Counted from the whole stretch's first letter, positions 1 through 12,811 are shown. The stretch: 63,390 nt of DNA, filler included, from Phoronis australis (GCA_002633005.1; 5 parts of 5 records of this genome joined end to end with filler, not necessarily neighbours in it), one strand, 5' to 3'. The notes: a model not told the origin generated them from the letters alone. A program made the numbers and translations.

Positions 1-1031
1 CCCCCCCCCCCCCTAAATCCGCCACAGCGAGCTACACGTAAATCCCACTGCGTGCCTCACAAATTTGAAATAAATTAACAAGCTAATTTTACCGGGGATG
101 TTATAATTTTAAAGGTACATTTCGCCCGGTTGTTGCAAGCGTCAATATTTGAATTCTCAAGTGTAATCCACCATTTACCAATTTTTATTAGGAAAATAAG
201 ATTTTTTTACTTTCGTTTTGAGCCTGTTGAACCTGGCGAAATTCATCCTTGAACTGGACTTCTAAAATTGCCTTCAAATGTGGAATATTTGCATGATGGA
301 AGATTGGACGTCCAACCATGCTTGGGTCAGCTGATGTTAGTTTCGTAGACGCAAGAGTGACACTCTAAAAGAATCTAGTGTTGTGATCAGGTAATGCATG
401 GATATATCTTGCGAGGTCTTGCTTACCGGTAATCTTGAATTTCTAGCGTCTACGGAACGCATGCTGGTCACGCGTAATTCACAAGGGCGTCCCATCTATC
501 AAACCGGTCGGTACTAGCTAGACGTGCAACAACCAAGGGGACTGAGACATAGCCTAATTCAAATTTTGGCTGATCAGCTGTGTTTGAGTTGACCAGGGTC
601 GGATAATACGAAGGCATACCAGCCGTTTGACGTGAGTTCACAATGAGACTATGTATATTGTTGGGTTCCATAAGGGATCATCACTCAATTTTTTTTTCAA
701 CGTTCACAATGGTTTTTCGGGCGGTGGATCATCCGTCCGTCCGACTGGAAGGCAGCTCGGAAGCCATATGGCTTGCATTATGAGAGCATTCTCAGTGTTG
801 GAGATGACCTGTGACTTTATGGAATAGACAAATTTTTAATGAGTTGGTCAGTCTGTATTGTTCTGAAGATTCGCAATCGCTCTCAAAGTTTGAATCCTTT
901 AAGGCTCCCAGCGAAAGGGGAACTTATGGCCGGGGGTGCCGGATTTTAGTGATATGCGATCTGTTTTTGGTTTCGTTTTTTTCGGACAGGTAACAGGAGG
1001 TCACATTATGGACAAGTAAAATGATTTTATG

Positions 1032-1087
1032 AGGTCAGCCCCAGCGCAGGATCGAACTCGCAACCTCAGCGATCGCAGTCCAACACA
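1032..1087 (-). mobile_element. Possible tRNA-derived SINE head fragment
   Basis: Minus strand reads ...GGTTGCGAGTTCGATCCTGCGCTGGGG, a Pol III B-box in a tRNA T-arm-like context; no complete cloverleaf or CCA end seen. Confidence 0.3.
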
Positions 1088-1699
1088 AAGTCACTACTTG
1101 CCTTTGTTACCGATGGCCACGTTTATTTTTTAAAATAAAAATGTTAAAATATATTTTGGAACATTGATTGTCAGTGTGTAAAATCACATATTTTTCGAAT
1201 CTTTGATAATCAGGGAAGTCGATAATGTTAACAAAAAGGCTTCTCGAACGTTTGTAATCACGTTACCACTTATTTTTCGTAAAAATCACTATTTTCCATA
1301 GAGACCGCCATATTTTCTACAGGTCTCATTTTTTCCTAAAAGGGCAGTAAATTCTGTCTATTTGTCTATTAGCTCCAGAACGGTGTCTAGGATTTCATGT
1401 GAGGCCTTTGACCACGAGATATCGACTGTCAAACTCAAGACCTCGACTTTCCGGCAGTGACGGAGTTCTGTCATATAAAATCACTGGTATTGGGATGAAT
1501 CAATGAATGACCGACCAAACGCCGGCGAGAATTGGCGATTCAAAACTAAAATCAGGCACTGTCCCCTTAGTAAGCACTCTTTTGAAATTGTGTGTTCATG
1601 CAACTACAATCTTTTGGGTGGGTTTTCTTTCGTAAGGAATGACCAGCTAAAATACGGAGATACTAAATCACCTTGTTGAGCCTGGTGAGGCAGAGAAAC

Positions 1700-1900
1700 A
1701 CTAAGAAGACATATCGTACCCCCTTTGGACTACACACGGCGCGAGAATCCTAATAAAAAATGCTCACCCATCGTTGTGGCAGAGAATCAAAGGCTTTCTC
1801 GAAATCGACTGCAACAGAAGGCCATGAATATTGTTGTTGGTTTTTTTCTCTCGAAATCGACTGCAACAGAAGGCCAGGAATATTGTTATTGTTTTTTTTT
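1700..1900 (-). mobile_element. Decayed non-LTR retrotransposon reverse transcriptase fragment
   Basis: ORF 1750-1983(-) contains SVAVDFEKAFDSL, matching the LINE RT motif xDFxKAFDxx; an approximately 50-bp local tandem duplication (CTCGAAATCGACTGCAACAGAAGGCCA twice) overlaps it. Confidence 0.5.
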
Positions 1901-4808
1901 CTACGTGCTACGTAACACTTGTTGCATTTTCTCCAGTAAACTTTCCACTGTGAAGGCCTCTGCGGTAAAATTACACCTTTCATCTATAATAATCCCAGAG
2001 TTTTTTGAATTTCTCAGCATTGCTGGTAATAAAAATAAACAAATAATTGTCCAGCTAAATAAATACATATTAAGCCGGCGGTAAGCGAACTATTAATAGC
2101 AAAACCTGGATTTATCTTGACTTACTACTTGTTATTTCTGAGCATAGTATTAGCATTGTATTTGAACTATCTGCATTCGACAATTCATCACGTCTGAATA
2201 CATCTAACGATTGCTGGCCGCAGCTTCACGTATTCGAGAGTGCCAAGGCGTCTCAACTGGCCCATGACGGTAGCTGTAATGAGCCAGGTGACACTGTGGT
2301 ATTTTGTCTACTTCAAATAGGCTATGCAGTAACTGAAAACAAGTTCCAAGTACATGACATCATTCTTTCCTGCTCGGTAAGTTGTCAAAGTGCCACTTTT
2401 GCGACAAACATACCTAAACATAACACAGAAATTGACACCATTCACAGAATAAAATAGAAGCAACATATAAAAGAAAACATTGTTACAATGTTCATGTATT
2501 ATATAATGTTCCATGGAGAGTTTGTCGACTGTACGGCAGAGAAACGCATCTTGTTATTGTTGTTAGATGGGATAGAGTCCTTGAAGTTATTAGCATCATG
2601 TCTATAATCTATGTTAGCATCGACCCGGCAAAGACATAAAACAATGAATCCATTTTATTGGTGTTTGCTAGACTCGCTGAAATCTGCAAATCCGGTGTCA
2701 CGTTTAAATGCACGTTGGATTTCATTCGGCAGCTGTTACCAGTGGCGGATTTAGAGGGGACCAAGGGGCCATGGTCCCCCTAAAATTCTCCCAGATTACA
2801 TTTGGCAGTTCGGAGGTGCGAATGTCTGACGGGAAAAATCCCGACTAATACTCTGTCCGCCCCTGGTTACTGTGGAGCTATTGGGTTCGATTCCGCGCTA
2901 TTCGTCGTTTTCGTAAATTTAATTTTCTCGCCGCGAATGTCCATTTAAAAGTTTCAATACAGAATGCGTGAAATTCACGTCATCAGTAGGTCTGATGCCA
3001 AACGCAAGTGTTTCGCACTCATGACAAAAGTATGACGTCGTCGTTTGTTCTTTTCAAACCTTGACGAATTCGTTCTCAGGCACTGAGAGAGAGAGAATAA
3101 TTCAGAGTCAGTCTTTGGTCTGTACATCGAAGATAATTGCAAAATGTTCCATCAGTTTCAGCCTCCGATTCCGCAAGTTCACGGTCCATTTATAAACGTA
3201 TGTTAGTTTAATCTGATTCTCATGAACTGTCATTTAATTGTAAAATTTGAACGTAGTGGGGCATCGTATAACTAGAGAAGTACATATGTAGTGGTGGAGC
3301 GTGCACAGGGTTCAATAACTACAACTTTCTCGGTATCAAAAGTTCACCTTTCGCTTATATCAATCTATTGTAAAAATGGAAATGCTTTGAAGCTCGTCAG
3401 CCTTAGCAACTGACTGTTGACGTCATTCGAATTGCGTGATGCACTGAAACGTGCGACGAACTTATGATTTAGATCATTTACCACATACCCTATCCCCCGC
3501 TTCTCATTTCTATTGTATTGAATTTAGACATGTACTGAAAAGTTGGACGTAGTTGACAAATGTCGCAATCATTCACATTTTTTTTATTCTTTAATGATCT
3601 AATTACTTAAGACTTTTACTGTTAATAGAGAACACTGAATTTATTCATGATATTATTGTAATAACTTTACTAGAACGTTGCTTTTTTAAGCGCGTTCGAA
3701 GTGGTTTTAGGCATATTGCTGAATTTTTAATGAGAAATGTTACTTACTTTTGATTTTTTTTCGCACAATCGACATAGAGAGGCCATATCACGCTTGATCA
3801 CTTCAGTTGAACACAGCGCTATAGGCTTACGACGTTCGCGAAGAAAGTTCGTAAATCAATATTTATGATGTTGGTTTCAGACAATATCACTAAGATGAAA
3901 TTGACAACGACGTTTGTACTTTATAATCAACCAGGTTGCCATTATCAATTTCAGATTATATCGATGATAAACATGAAAAACGTGAAAAAATGTCCCAACT
4001 ACATTTACAGGCACACAGACGTGGCGGTGGCGACGCTTTTCAAGATTTTGTCCAGGCAGCTCAGGTTCATGGTGTCGGCCATCTCATGCATATGCTCCCT
4101 GTTCCCCTGGCGACCATTCTTGATCAGGTTGNAATACACCCTCACAATACCTGGTTAGGAAAAAAAAACGTAAAAGATAATCTTTTAAAAACAGCTGCCA
4201 ACAAAAGAGCCTGTAAAGGGTCAATGGATTGACATAAATCCGATCACACTGTCTCAGTGGTCGCGGTCTCAACGGGAAAGCCTGGGTACTCCTACTTACG
4301 GTGCACATTTAGAGTGCCCCCGTGTCAGTTAGGTCAGAGGTCTCGAGAATATCTATTCTGGAACCGTGGACCTAGACATGTGAGGGGATGGGGGTTTCTA
4401 GAGGCCCTCTCCCAGCCTGCATAGTCCAAAGTGTACTGCGTTTGACACTGATGGGCGGCGCAGCACTGAAATAAGTGGGGGCCCCCTATGGTGGGCGTCG
4501 CCCATGTTTGATTAATTTAGCTTTGAGTAGTCATGATGTCGATTGTATATCAATGGCATAATCACTAACCTCGTTAGTTGAGACTGTAAGCCAGCCTAAA
4601 TCGTAAAATCTACTTTTGAATTGCTCTTTCTGTCCACCAGGTGGCAGAACATACCAGGGATTACGAAACCAAAGTTCCACCGTGGAGGAATCGACGTGAA
4701 CCGATATTCATTCAGTGATAGATAAAATGTCAAACACTGTGCCTCCAACTCATTTAGTAGACCTGGTAAATCGCTGAGTACTGTTCGACTGGGGCCTTGC
4801 AACTAGCC

Positions 4809-4857
4809 ATGGGTAACGTTTTTAAGAGAAAGAAGGAATGCCGGATACTCTTTATGG
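4809..4857 (+). CDS. Arf-family small GTPase, coding exon 1 (MGNVFKRKKECRILFM/G)
   Basis: GCCATGG start, Gly2 myristoylation site, KKExRIL beta-1 motif of Arfs, phase-1 donor G|GTAAAT in frame with the exon at 8814. Confidence 0.85.
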
Positions 4858-4885
4858 GTAAATGTTTTATGACTTTGAATAGGCC

Positions 4886-4942
4886 TACTAGTAGTACTAG
4901 TAGTAGTACTACTAGTAGTAGTACTGCTACTAGTAGTACTAT
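4886..4942. repeat. (TAG/TAC)n trinucleotide microsatellite
   Basis: Alternating TAG and TAC tracts just inside Arf intron 1. Confidence 0.8.
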
Positions 4943-5418
4943 TAGCTAATACTTTACGTTGGACCACAGGCACCTTTAAGTAGCCCTCTACAATATAACA
5001 TTTCTTTATTATGTTATATTGTAGAGGGCTACTTAAAGGTGCCTGTGGCTGGACGATCCAATAGATCACTGAGATGTTTGCCTGTGTAAGTTTCTTGAAG
5101 TGCACATTTGGCTATAGCTGTTGTCTCGGGAGTCTTTGGACTTGTCTGTACTGGCCCAGCTCAGAGAATGGTACTGTTGTGTTAGTTGGACTGTGATTGG
5201 TATTAGACCCTTTTGCTCCAAATTGCTGGTTCATGATTTTGAGAACTTAAGTTTCATCCACTCAACAGGCAACATTCATCAAATAATTGTTATTCAGTGG
5301 TTGTCTGGTAGTTCTCAAAGTCAGTGACCCACGGAATCAAAAGCCTGGGAAATGTCTGTAGTAGAGTGCTGAATGTCATTGATATATATGATTCAATTTG
5401 ACTTTAGAGTAGACAGTA

Positions 5419-5561
5419 TATAGGAGTCAGAAACAGAATTAGAAGAAGTGAATAAAGTACTGTATTGGTCGGAAACAGACACTTGATTTTGTAATAACTG
5501 AAAACGAGGCTAAACTACAGTGACTTAACAAATCGTTATAACTGATAGGTGGCACTCCACA
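5419..5561 (-). repeat. 3' LTR of the Gypsy element
   Basis: Aligns by eye to 7951-8085; starts TGTGGAG on the minus strand right after the PPT. Confidence 0.88.
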
Positions 5562-5798
5562 ATACCCCCCCTCCAAGCGGAGGACTAAGTCAAATCCGAA
5601 GTGGGTGGAGAATCATGAAAATGCACTGGCAAGCCTGAGTGCGAAACTCAACCAGAACGAGTAATGAGTATGAGAAGGTTGGTCTGCAGCAACAGATGTC
5701 GACGGCACAGGTTGCTCGGTGGAGTCAAGGATAGCGGCCGGCGTGGGAGGCACAGGTCGGTCGGTGGAGTCAAGAAGAACCACCGGCATGGGGAGCAC

Positions 5799-7905
5799 TT
5801 ATGGCGTAGTGGCATTGCAGGGACACGGTGTGGAGGTGTCATATGAAGTCATGAACTGGGTGACATAAGCGGCTTTGAGACGAACAACAGATACCGTCTG
5901 CTCGCAACCCTTAATGTCAAAGGTGTAGAACTTGGCATTTGTGTTGATTATGTGATATGGGCCATTGTAGGGGCGCTGGAGCAGATGACGATAAGCACGA
6001 ATGACATGAAGTGGTGAAGACCACGGTGAATTGGATTGACGTAATATACCCATCTTTTCCATTACTGTCATCAGTAGTCCAGGATTCAAATGTCGGGCAC
6101 GTGGGTTATGATATGATGCTCAACACCGTGTTTTTTTCGCCGTGGAATCAAAACACGGAGTAAACAGCTACAAAAACTGTTGTAACAAGTGTGAGTACTC
6201 ATCAAGGGGATGAAGGGAGAGGCCCGCGAGGGTCAGCAAGATGGTGTTGTTTCGTAGAAAAATAGAGGCATTACTAATAGACAAAAGGTGCTTGCCTTCA
6301 AGATCAATAACGAAGCCGTGGGTGATGAAAAAATCAGCTCCTAGAAGAGGGCGAGTAACAGAATTTTACATAATTAGCAAGACAAAATTCATGAGCATAC
6401 CGCTGCTTAGGACTGAGCACCACTGAGAGGATGCGGGTGCCCCATGTGTTTATGGAAGTTCCATTAGCAGCGGAGAGAGGTGCGTAAGGTGGATGTGTCT
6501 TGCGGTCTGTTGCAGAGACAGGATAAACAGAAATGTCAGCGCCAGTATCTAAATTAAAAAGTATACTACCAGTGTATTGGTCCACAATGGAGAACGTGTT
6601 TGGAGGTGGAAACGCCGGCCGCTACCATGTGACGTTTCCCTGGTTGTTGGTCATGGGTATTAGTGACGCAAACTTGAAGCCAGGCTGACAGCAATGAGCC
6701 TCAGGCCCAAATTTCATATGGTTGAAGCATACGGTGGAAGAACCTGTAAGGGGGCCGGCGTCACCATGCTAGGGATGGGAACGGTGTCGGAAGCGCTTAA
6801 AGACAGAAATCATGTCTACGGAAACAGACGTGGACTTTGGCGTTATCATCATAAAAACTAGATAACGTTTGACTGGCTGTAGGCATGGAGACTTGTTGTA
6901 CCTCGGCAGTACGTGCCGCCCAGATACTGTGTGCGGTTTTAGCAAGTTTTTCTATGTTAGCAATACTGTGTCTCACCAGGATAGTGCGAACGCCAGCGGG
7001 TAGGTTTGTCAGAAAAAAAGCACGTTTTAAAGTTTGGGGGTCGGGATGAGAGCTGTGGGACGTTTGTCACCAAGGCCGTTAACGCTCAAAAGCTCAGAGT
7101 CCTTCTACCAGTGTGTTGGTCCACAATGCAGAACGTGTTGGAGGTGGAAATGCCGGCCGCTACCACATTCAACGACCGGCTGTGGCGTTTCCCTGATTGT
7201 TTGTCTCGGGTATCAGTGACACAAACTTGCAGCCAGGCTGACAGCGACGAGCCTGGGGCCCAAAGTTTATATGGTTGAAGCATACGGTGGAAGAGCCTGT
7301 AAGGGGGCCAGCAGTACCCCTGCAGTACGTGGTTCGACTTGCTGTAGACATGGAGACTTGTTGTACCCCAACAGTACGTGCCGCCCAGATACTGTCTGCG
7401 GTCTTAGCAAGGTCATCTATGTTAGCAATGCTGTGTCCTGCCAGGATAGTGCGAATGTCAGCAAGCAGGTTTGTCAGAAACAAAGTACGCTTTAAAGTTT
7501 TGAAGTCGTTGTTAAGGGCATTGATACGTCGCATGAGAGCAGTGGGACATTTGTCACCAAGGCCATTAAGGTTCAAAAGCTCAAGAGTCCTCAGCCTGGG
7601 ACTTTCCAAAAGCGTTAATTAGAGCGGACTTCAATGCGCTATACTTGTTTGTGAGCGGTGGGTGGAGGTGAATAGCCTGAACTTCGTCGACTGTGTTAAC
7701 ATCAAGGCCACTCACCACATAATCATATTTCGTTTGGTCCTGTATAACCTCTTTGGTTCCAAACTGAGCCTCGACTTTGGTGAACCAAACTTCGGGCGAT
7801 TTTGTCTAAAAGTCCGTCAACTGATGTACACTGCGTTCGCCTAAGTTGTTTGCATTGCAAGCGTCTGAAGTGTTGAGCCAAGGTCAGTAACAAGCTTTGT
7901 GTCAC
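5799..7905 (-). pseudogene. Gypsy gag (3' half duplicated), protease and residual RT/integrase; frameshifted
   Basis: ORFs 7169-7609 (Gag), 6334-6585 (protease) and 5799-6089 (RT N-terminal piece joined to integrase C-terminal piece). Confidence 0.85.
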
Positions 7906-7950
7906 TATGTCCCTCTGCTATTTTAAGTGTTCAATGTTCGAGGTCACCAA

Positions 7951-8085
7951 TGTAGGAATCATAAACACACAATTATAAGTGAATAAAATACTATATTGAA
8001 GCAGACACTTGATGTTGGAATAACTGAAAACGAGACTAAACTACAGTGACTTAACAAATTGTTATAACTGATAGGTGTCTCCACA
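7951..8085 (-). repeat. 5' LTR of the Gypsy element
   Basis: TG...CA termini, followed on the minus strand by the PBS. Confidence 0.9.
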
Positions 8086-8728
8086 AGTACAACCCGGCGT
8101 CTCTACTACCAGTTGAGACGGTGGGGCACCCACTTACTGACTGTTAACGATCTAGCTGTGTTAACCAATCTCTGAAGTGACGTCAACTTAATCCTTTTAA
8201 ACCTGTTGAAATAGTTGTTCTCATTTTTGTTGATCTTCATTGTTATACAGTGACATAATATGCTGGAGAGAGTGTTGTCACTTAAACCAAGTAGAAGAAG
8301 AAGAAGAGGTGGTACTGTCTAGATTAACCATAAATAGATTATATTTGTATTATAAGTCTGTCAGTGACTGAGATCTTGAGCAATTATTATGTACATGCAC
8401 ACTTAAATTCTTCCAGATTTAATTGAAAGTTGATTCGTTAATCAACATGAAAGCTGATCAACTATTATGTTATTTGAAATGCTCAATTCAACGACTAGCC
8501 CTGAACTTGTTTTACTAAAATCTAAAATTGGAACTCAACAATTCAGTTGATTAGAAGCCTCCATGTATAGGACATTTTATAGACTACTCATTGAGCCAGT
8601 AATTCGACAGACCTAGTCTGATGTCACCTGAAAAATGCTTGCGCGTTTTAACAGAACTTGAAGCTTGTAATCATTGACTTGCTCTGAGGATACATCTGAT
8701 TGGGTGGGATTTCTAGGTGTCATTATAA

Positions 8729-8899
<171 letters not shown>

Positions 8900-9217
8900 T
8901 AACTGGATATTCTCAGTCGTCTAGGTGGTGCTAAGGATTTGTAAAGATCGCTTTTAACACCTGAATATATGTAGCGTGTAAATTAATCAACACACCAGAG
9001 AAAAATTTCTCAAAAAATCATCTCTAACTCGTAATAGTGCTCATCCAAAATGGTGGTGAACTATTCAACATGGACGGCAAATACTGTACAGTGTTACAGC
9101 AAACAGGTGGGCGGGAAGGATGGACCCATTGTGACCCATAGCCATCCATATGCCTGTTGCTACGTCTCATTGATGACTGCCTTGCAAATGACCAGTGTAT
9201 ATTTTTCATTTTGTGAG

Positions 9218-9291
9218 GTTTCAATGTAGAGACGGTCACCCACAAGAACTTGACTTTGACGTGCTGGGATATTGGGGGAAGGGACAAAATG
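9218..9291 (+). CDS. Arf-family GTPase exon 3 ([25 protein letters not shown])
   Basis: GFNVE and WDxGG motifs; GTAAGT donor; the acceptor is the rarer GAG. Confidence 0.93.
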
Positions 9292-10676
9292 GTAAGTGGT
9301 GTGAGGGGCAGTAACTGATGCATACTGCCCCGGTCAGTTTCCTTTCAAAGATTGCTTTGTAAATTTGGCCCGTTTCATGGCACGTTGTTCTTCGTTAGTA
9401 AATTTGTTCAAGAACCGCGAGCACCGTCAGCCCTCAGTATCTTTTATGTCAAGTAGAGCTATTGACAATACATTCTAGGCAATACAAAAACATTGGCTGA
9501 AACGCTGTGAAGGTAACAAGCGTGCAAGTTCTTTTGTCCCACGAAAAATTACGGCAATGCTTACTGGCTATGTAAGACCCTAGATCAGAATATCGTTTCC
9601 TGGAAGTGGCTGATTGGATTCATGAAACTTTCAGACGCTATGCTTTGTGCTTTGTCTTCCAAATCAGTCGAGTCACATTTTAGAATACTTCACTTTTCCA
9701 TTAGGGGCTATCAAAAATATGACCTTTTTGATTTTTACAAAATCTCAAAAGTTGCATGAAACAAAGTTATGATTTGTAACAGGGTTTTTGAGATGTTATT
9801 TTGAACATCTAAATCAAACGAAATTTGGTCCATGTTATTGATGCACACATCTGGTACAAAGTGTACCAGTCTGCCTTCAATCATTTTTATTATTTTTTAT
9901 ATTTGTATTTTTACTAAACACCTCAAAAATGGTTGGTGTTCCCTTTTACAATGAACTAGATTGGCATTTAGATTCGGAAATCTCTGTTGTCTAGGGTTGA
10001 CTCTTCACGATCATAAGACAGAGAGTTAGTTATGAGCTGAGCTTACTGCCTCAAGTGACTGACAGCTCACATCAAGGTGTGAAAATTCAATTATTAGCAA
10101 TTGGATGAACTAGCTGGTAGTTCATTCAGTTGTTCTTGTCTTGATGTAAGCTGCCATCTCGGGTGTGTTCTCTTGCGGCAGCTTGCTCAGCCCACAGTTC
10201 TCCATCTGCGCTGGCATCAAACATGAAATATTGGCATACAGTGCAGAAGTCACACTTTTAATGTGGTAGGCAACTCAAGAAAGAAAGTCGACATGCCATC
10301 CAAGATGACAAGACTGATGTGGAAAACTTAAAAATTGCCATAAACTTACCAAATAATGTTTTTAGACCACTTTTTCTGATTTAACAGATCTGAATGTTTT
10401 TCTTACTCATGAAAGTGATTTTCTGTCTGGAATGACCTGACATCCTGTTTATGCTCGAGTTCAGCTGGCTTAATAATTTACTAAGTGCGCTGTTTTGTGC
10501 ACCGAGCTTAGTCTCATGCAATAACAAAGTATCAAATCTTACCAAGCTTAGAAACTAATTCACAGTTGAATAAGGAGCAGGTTGAGACCAGTCTTGTAAT
10601 AGTACTTGCCTGTGGTCCAAGCACTGGTGTAACACAGGTCTAAAGCAGCCTTAAGATTGACGTCTTGTTTTTGCAG

Positions 10677-10790
10677 AGGCCGCTGTATAGACATTACTTT
10701 CCCAACACGGATGCTATTATATTTGTTGTGGACAGTTCTGATTATGAGAGGATGCCTGATGTAAAGGAGGAAATTCACCGCACAGTTTCT
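10677..10790 (+). CDS. Arf-family GTPase exon 4 ([38 protein letters not shown])
   Basis: Switch II and IFVVDSSD motif; TTGCAG acceptor, GTAAGT donor, phase 0/0. Confidence 0.95.
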
Positions 10791-11120
10791 GTAAGTGTGA
10801 ATAAATTGTTATGTATTTGGATAACTCCTGGCTGTGTAACATCGACAAAATATATCTGGGCTCGTTCAGATAGTATACCGAATGCCGAAAAGGTGATCCA
10901 CTTATTTTGTTAGTTTGAGGTCACCAACTTTTGGCTGTCTGATACTGCTTGGTAATTCCACTCCAATTAGTTAAACAATTCACCATTATATTAGCTTTTT
11001 AAATCCTAGGACTATGTGTTTACATGAATGTTGATGCTCTATAAGTGTTCATACAATTCTGTCATTGGTAAGTAGGACAAGTGGGTTTATAAGGGTTGCG
11101 CTCATATTTGCTAATTTCAG

Positions 11121-11241
11121 GAGGTTGAATTACAAGATGTAATTGTGGCTGTTTTCGCCAATAAGCGAGATTTGGACAATGTCATGGGTATACAAGAGAT
11201 GAGTACTGTGCTGGAACTTGACAAGATTAAACAAAACTGGG
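11121..11241 (+). CDS. Arf-family GTPase exon 5 (EVELQDVIVAVFANKRDLDNVMGIQEMSTVLELDKIKQNW)
   Basis: G4 motif FANKxD; TTTCAG acceptor, G|GTAGG donor; terminal exon with G5 not found. Confidence 0.92.
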
Positions 11242-11898
11242 GTAGGTTTTCCTGTCATGTTAAGTGCAATTTAAGTTTGTTCTGCTAGAGAAACGAGATA
11301 CTTTAGATTTCAATCGGTGATGTGTCAGGGATGATTTTAAGAGCATAAATTCCATGTCGTTGGCAAATAAGTGTTTTCTTTTACGCACTGTGATTGCTTA
11401 ACTCTGGATACCGGGTCCATTAAAATTGGAAGCAAAAAAAGACAAAAACTAACATGGCCCGAATGTTCTCAAAACTGGCACATAAACTTGAGGCCATGTG
11501 GATCAACTCACCAATATCGGCATTTTTCTGAGACGATCCTTGTGTAAACATAATTGGCTCGTGACATATATGTTGATACCGAGTTATCCTGAATAAATGT
11601 TGTACTTTGCTGTTATCCTATCGTGATTTCTGGGTTTTACTGAATAAAAATTACAGTCTTGGTTCATTTATCACGAAAATACTTTTCTGTGATTTTCTAC
11701 CGAGTACCAGTTCGTTACTAATTGTACTCACTTTCTGCCACTTAAGTTCTATTGGTGTGTGCTATGTACAATAAAATCATGCCAATTTAGGACACACTAT
11801 GGTGGCAGTCTTCTTATATTTAATTTTCTTTAATATTTTTTCATAAAAAAGTAGCATCAAACCTAATGAATACCTAGGATTCTGAAGTTATAAACCAT

Positions 11899-12152
11899 GG
11901 GCCCATTCCAAGAAACTGACTTAAGTTCATTTTTGACTCAAGTCTAAAATTTGTCTCAACTTCCAAACTTTGAAACTTCCACATTTGGCAAGATAGATAA
12001 AATTAAGATAACACTTTTATCAAAAAACTTAATTTAAAATCAATATCTCTTTTTTAAAATGGTCTTGAGACAAATTTATGTTTTATCTTAAAATTTACTA
12101 AAATATAAGATTTGTCTTAGCTATTAAAGTCAGTTTTGTTAGAATGGGCCCC
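11899..12152. mobile_element. MITE of about 250 bp
   Basis: Imperfect TIRs GGGCCCATTCCAAGAAACTGACTT ... AAGTCAGTTTTGTTAGAATGGGCCC around an AT-rich interior. Confidence 0.6.
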
Positions 12153-12811
12153 AGATCTAGCATCGTACTACAATTTTTGCAAAACAATGTCAGAAGCCTT
12201 TCAATATAAATAGGGCGTAATTTTTGGAATTGGTTTGTCCTAAACTGGTGATATTTTGTTGTTGGCTTTAGTTTCCAATGTCATTTAGTGAGGCACTGTT
12301 GTTTGTTTTGAGTGGTATCGTGGGACAAAGAAATATCTCGTTTCCCTTAAAAACTTACAGATTAAGGGCAAATGTCCGTCATTCTCCTTTTTAGGTCGAC
12401 GGAATTACTGACCTTGACCTTCAAATTTCAGAAGAAAACATGGCAGAAAGAATTTTGATTGTCAAACTTCAAAATGATTAACAAAGATATAATGAGAAAG
12501 TTTTGCTTCTTTCTTTATTTATTTATTATTGTAATATATACTATGAGGGTAGCCCCGTAGGTGCACACTGTTTTCTATGGGTGCCCTCGGTAAAAACATA
12601 CAAAGACAGCAAGACAAAAGAAGTACAAAATGAAAGGCAAGATTTAGATAATCAATGATGAACAAGAAACTAACATGGAAAGATTGTTATCATAATTTGT
12701 TTAACATTTGTGGGAAGGGTTTTTTATAATTTGTCACTAATTGTCATTACAATTGGGGAGTGAGGATCAAGTACCACTAGGATTCATTATTTTTGTATCG
12801 GCTTGTAAACA

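Larger units (their letters stand above)
5419..8085 (-). mobile_element. Internally deleted Ty3/Gypsy LTR retrotransposon, CsRn1-like, in Arf intron 1
   Basis: Two similar LTRs of about 140 bp (5419-5561, 7951-8085); 4-bp TSD AGTA (5415-5418, 8086-8089); PBS TGGTGACCTCG (tRNA-Trp-like) next to the 5' LTR; polypurine tract GGAGGGGGGGTAT next to the 3' LTR; Gag knuckle CFNH-x9-C-x3-C; protease LDTGADIS; RT start SPWSSPLHV; integrase tail PYNGPYHII...VSVVRLK. Confidence 0.92.

Noticed and set aside
1032-1087. Functional tRNA gene
   Set aside because: Only a B-box/T-arm-like part is visible; no full cloverleaf.
4300-4350. In-frame TGA codons upstream of the orphan exon as selenocysteine
   Set aside because: Two nearby TGAs, no recognisable selenoprotein motif or SECIS; decay is simpler.
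4803-5105. Ser/Thr-rich minus-strand ORF
   Set aside because: Translation of the TAG/TAC microsatellite, antisense to Arf exon 1.
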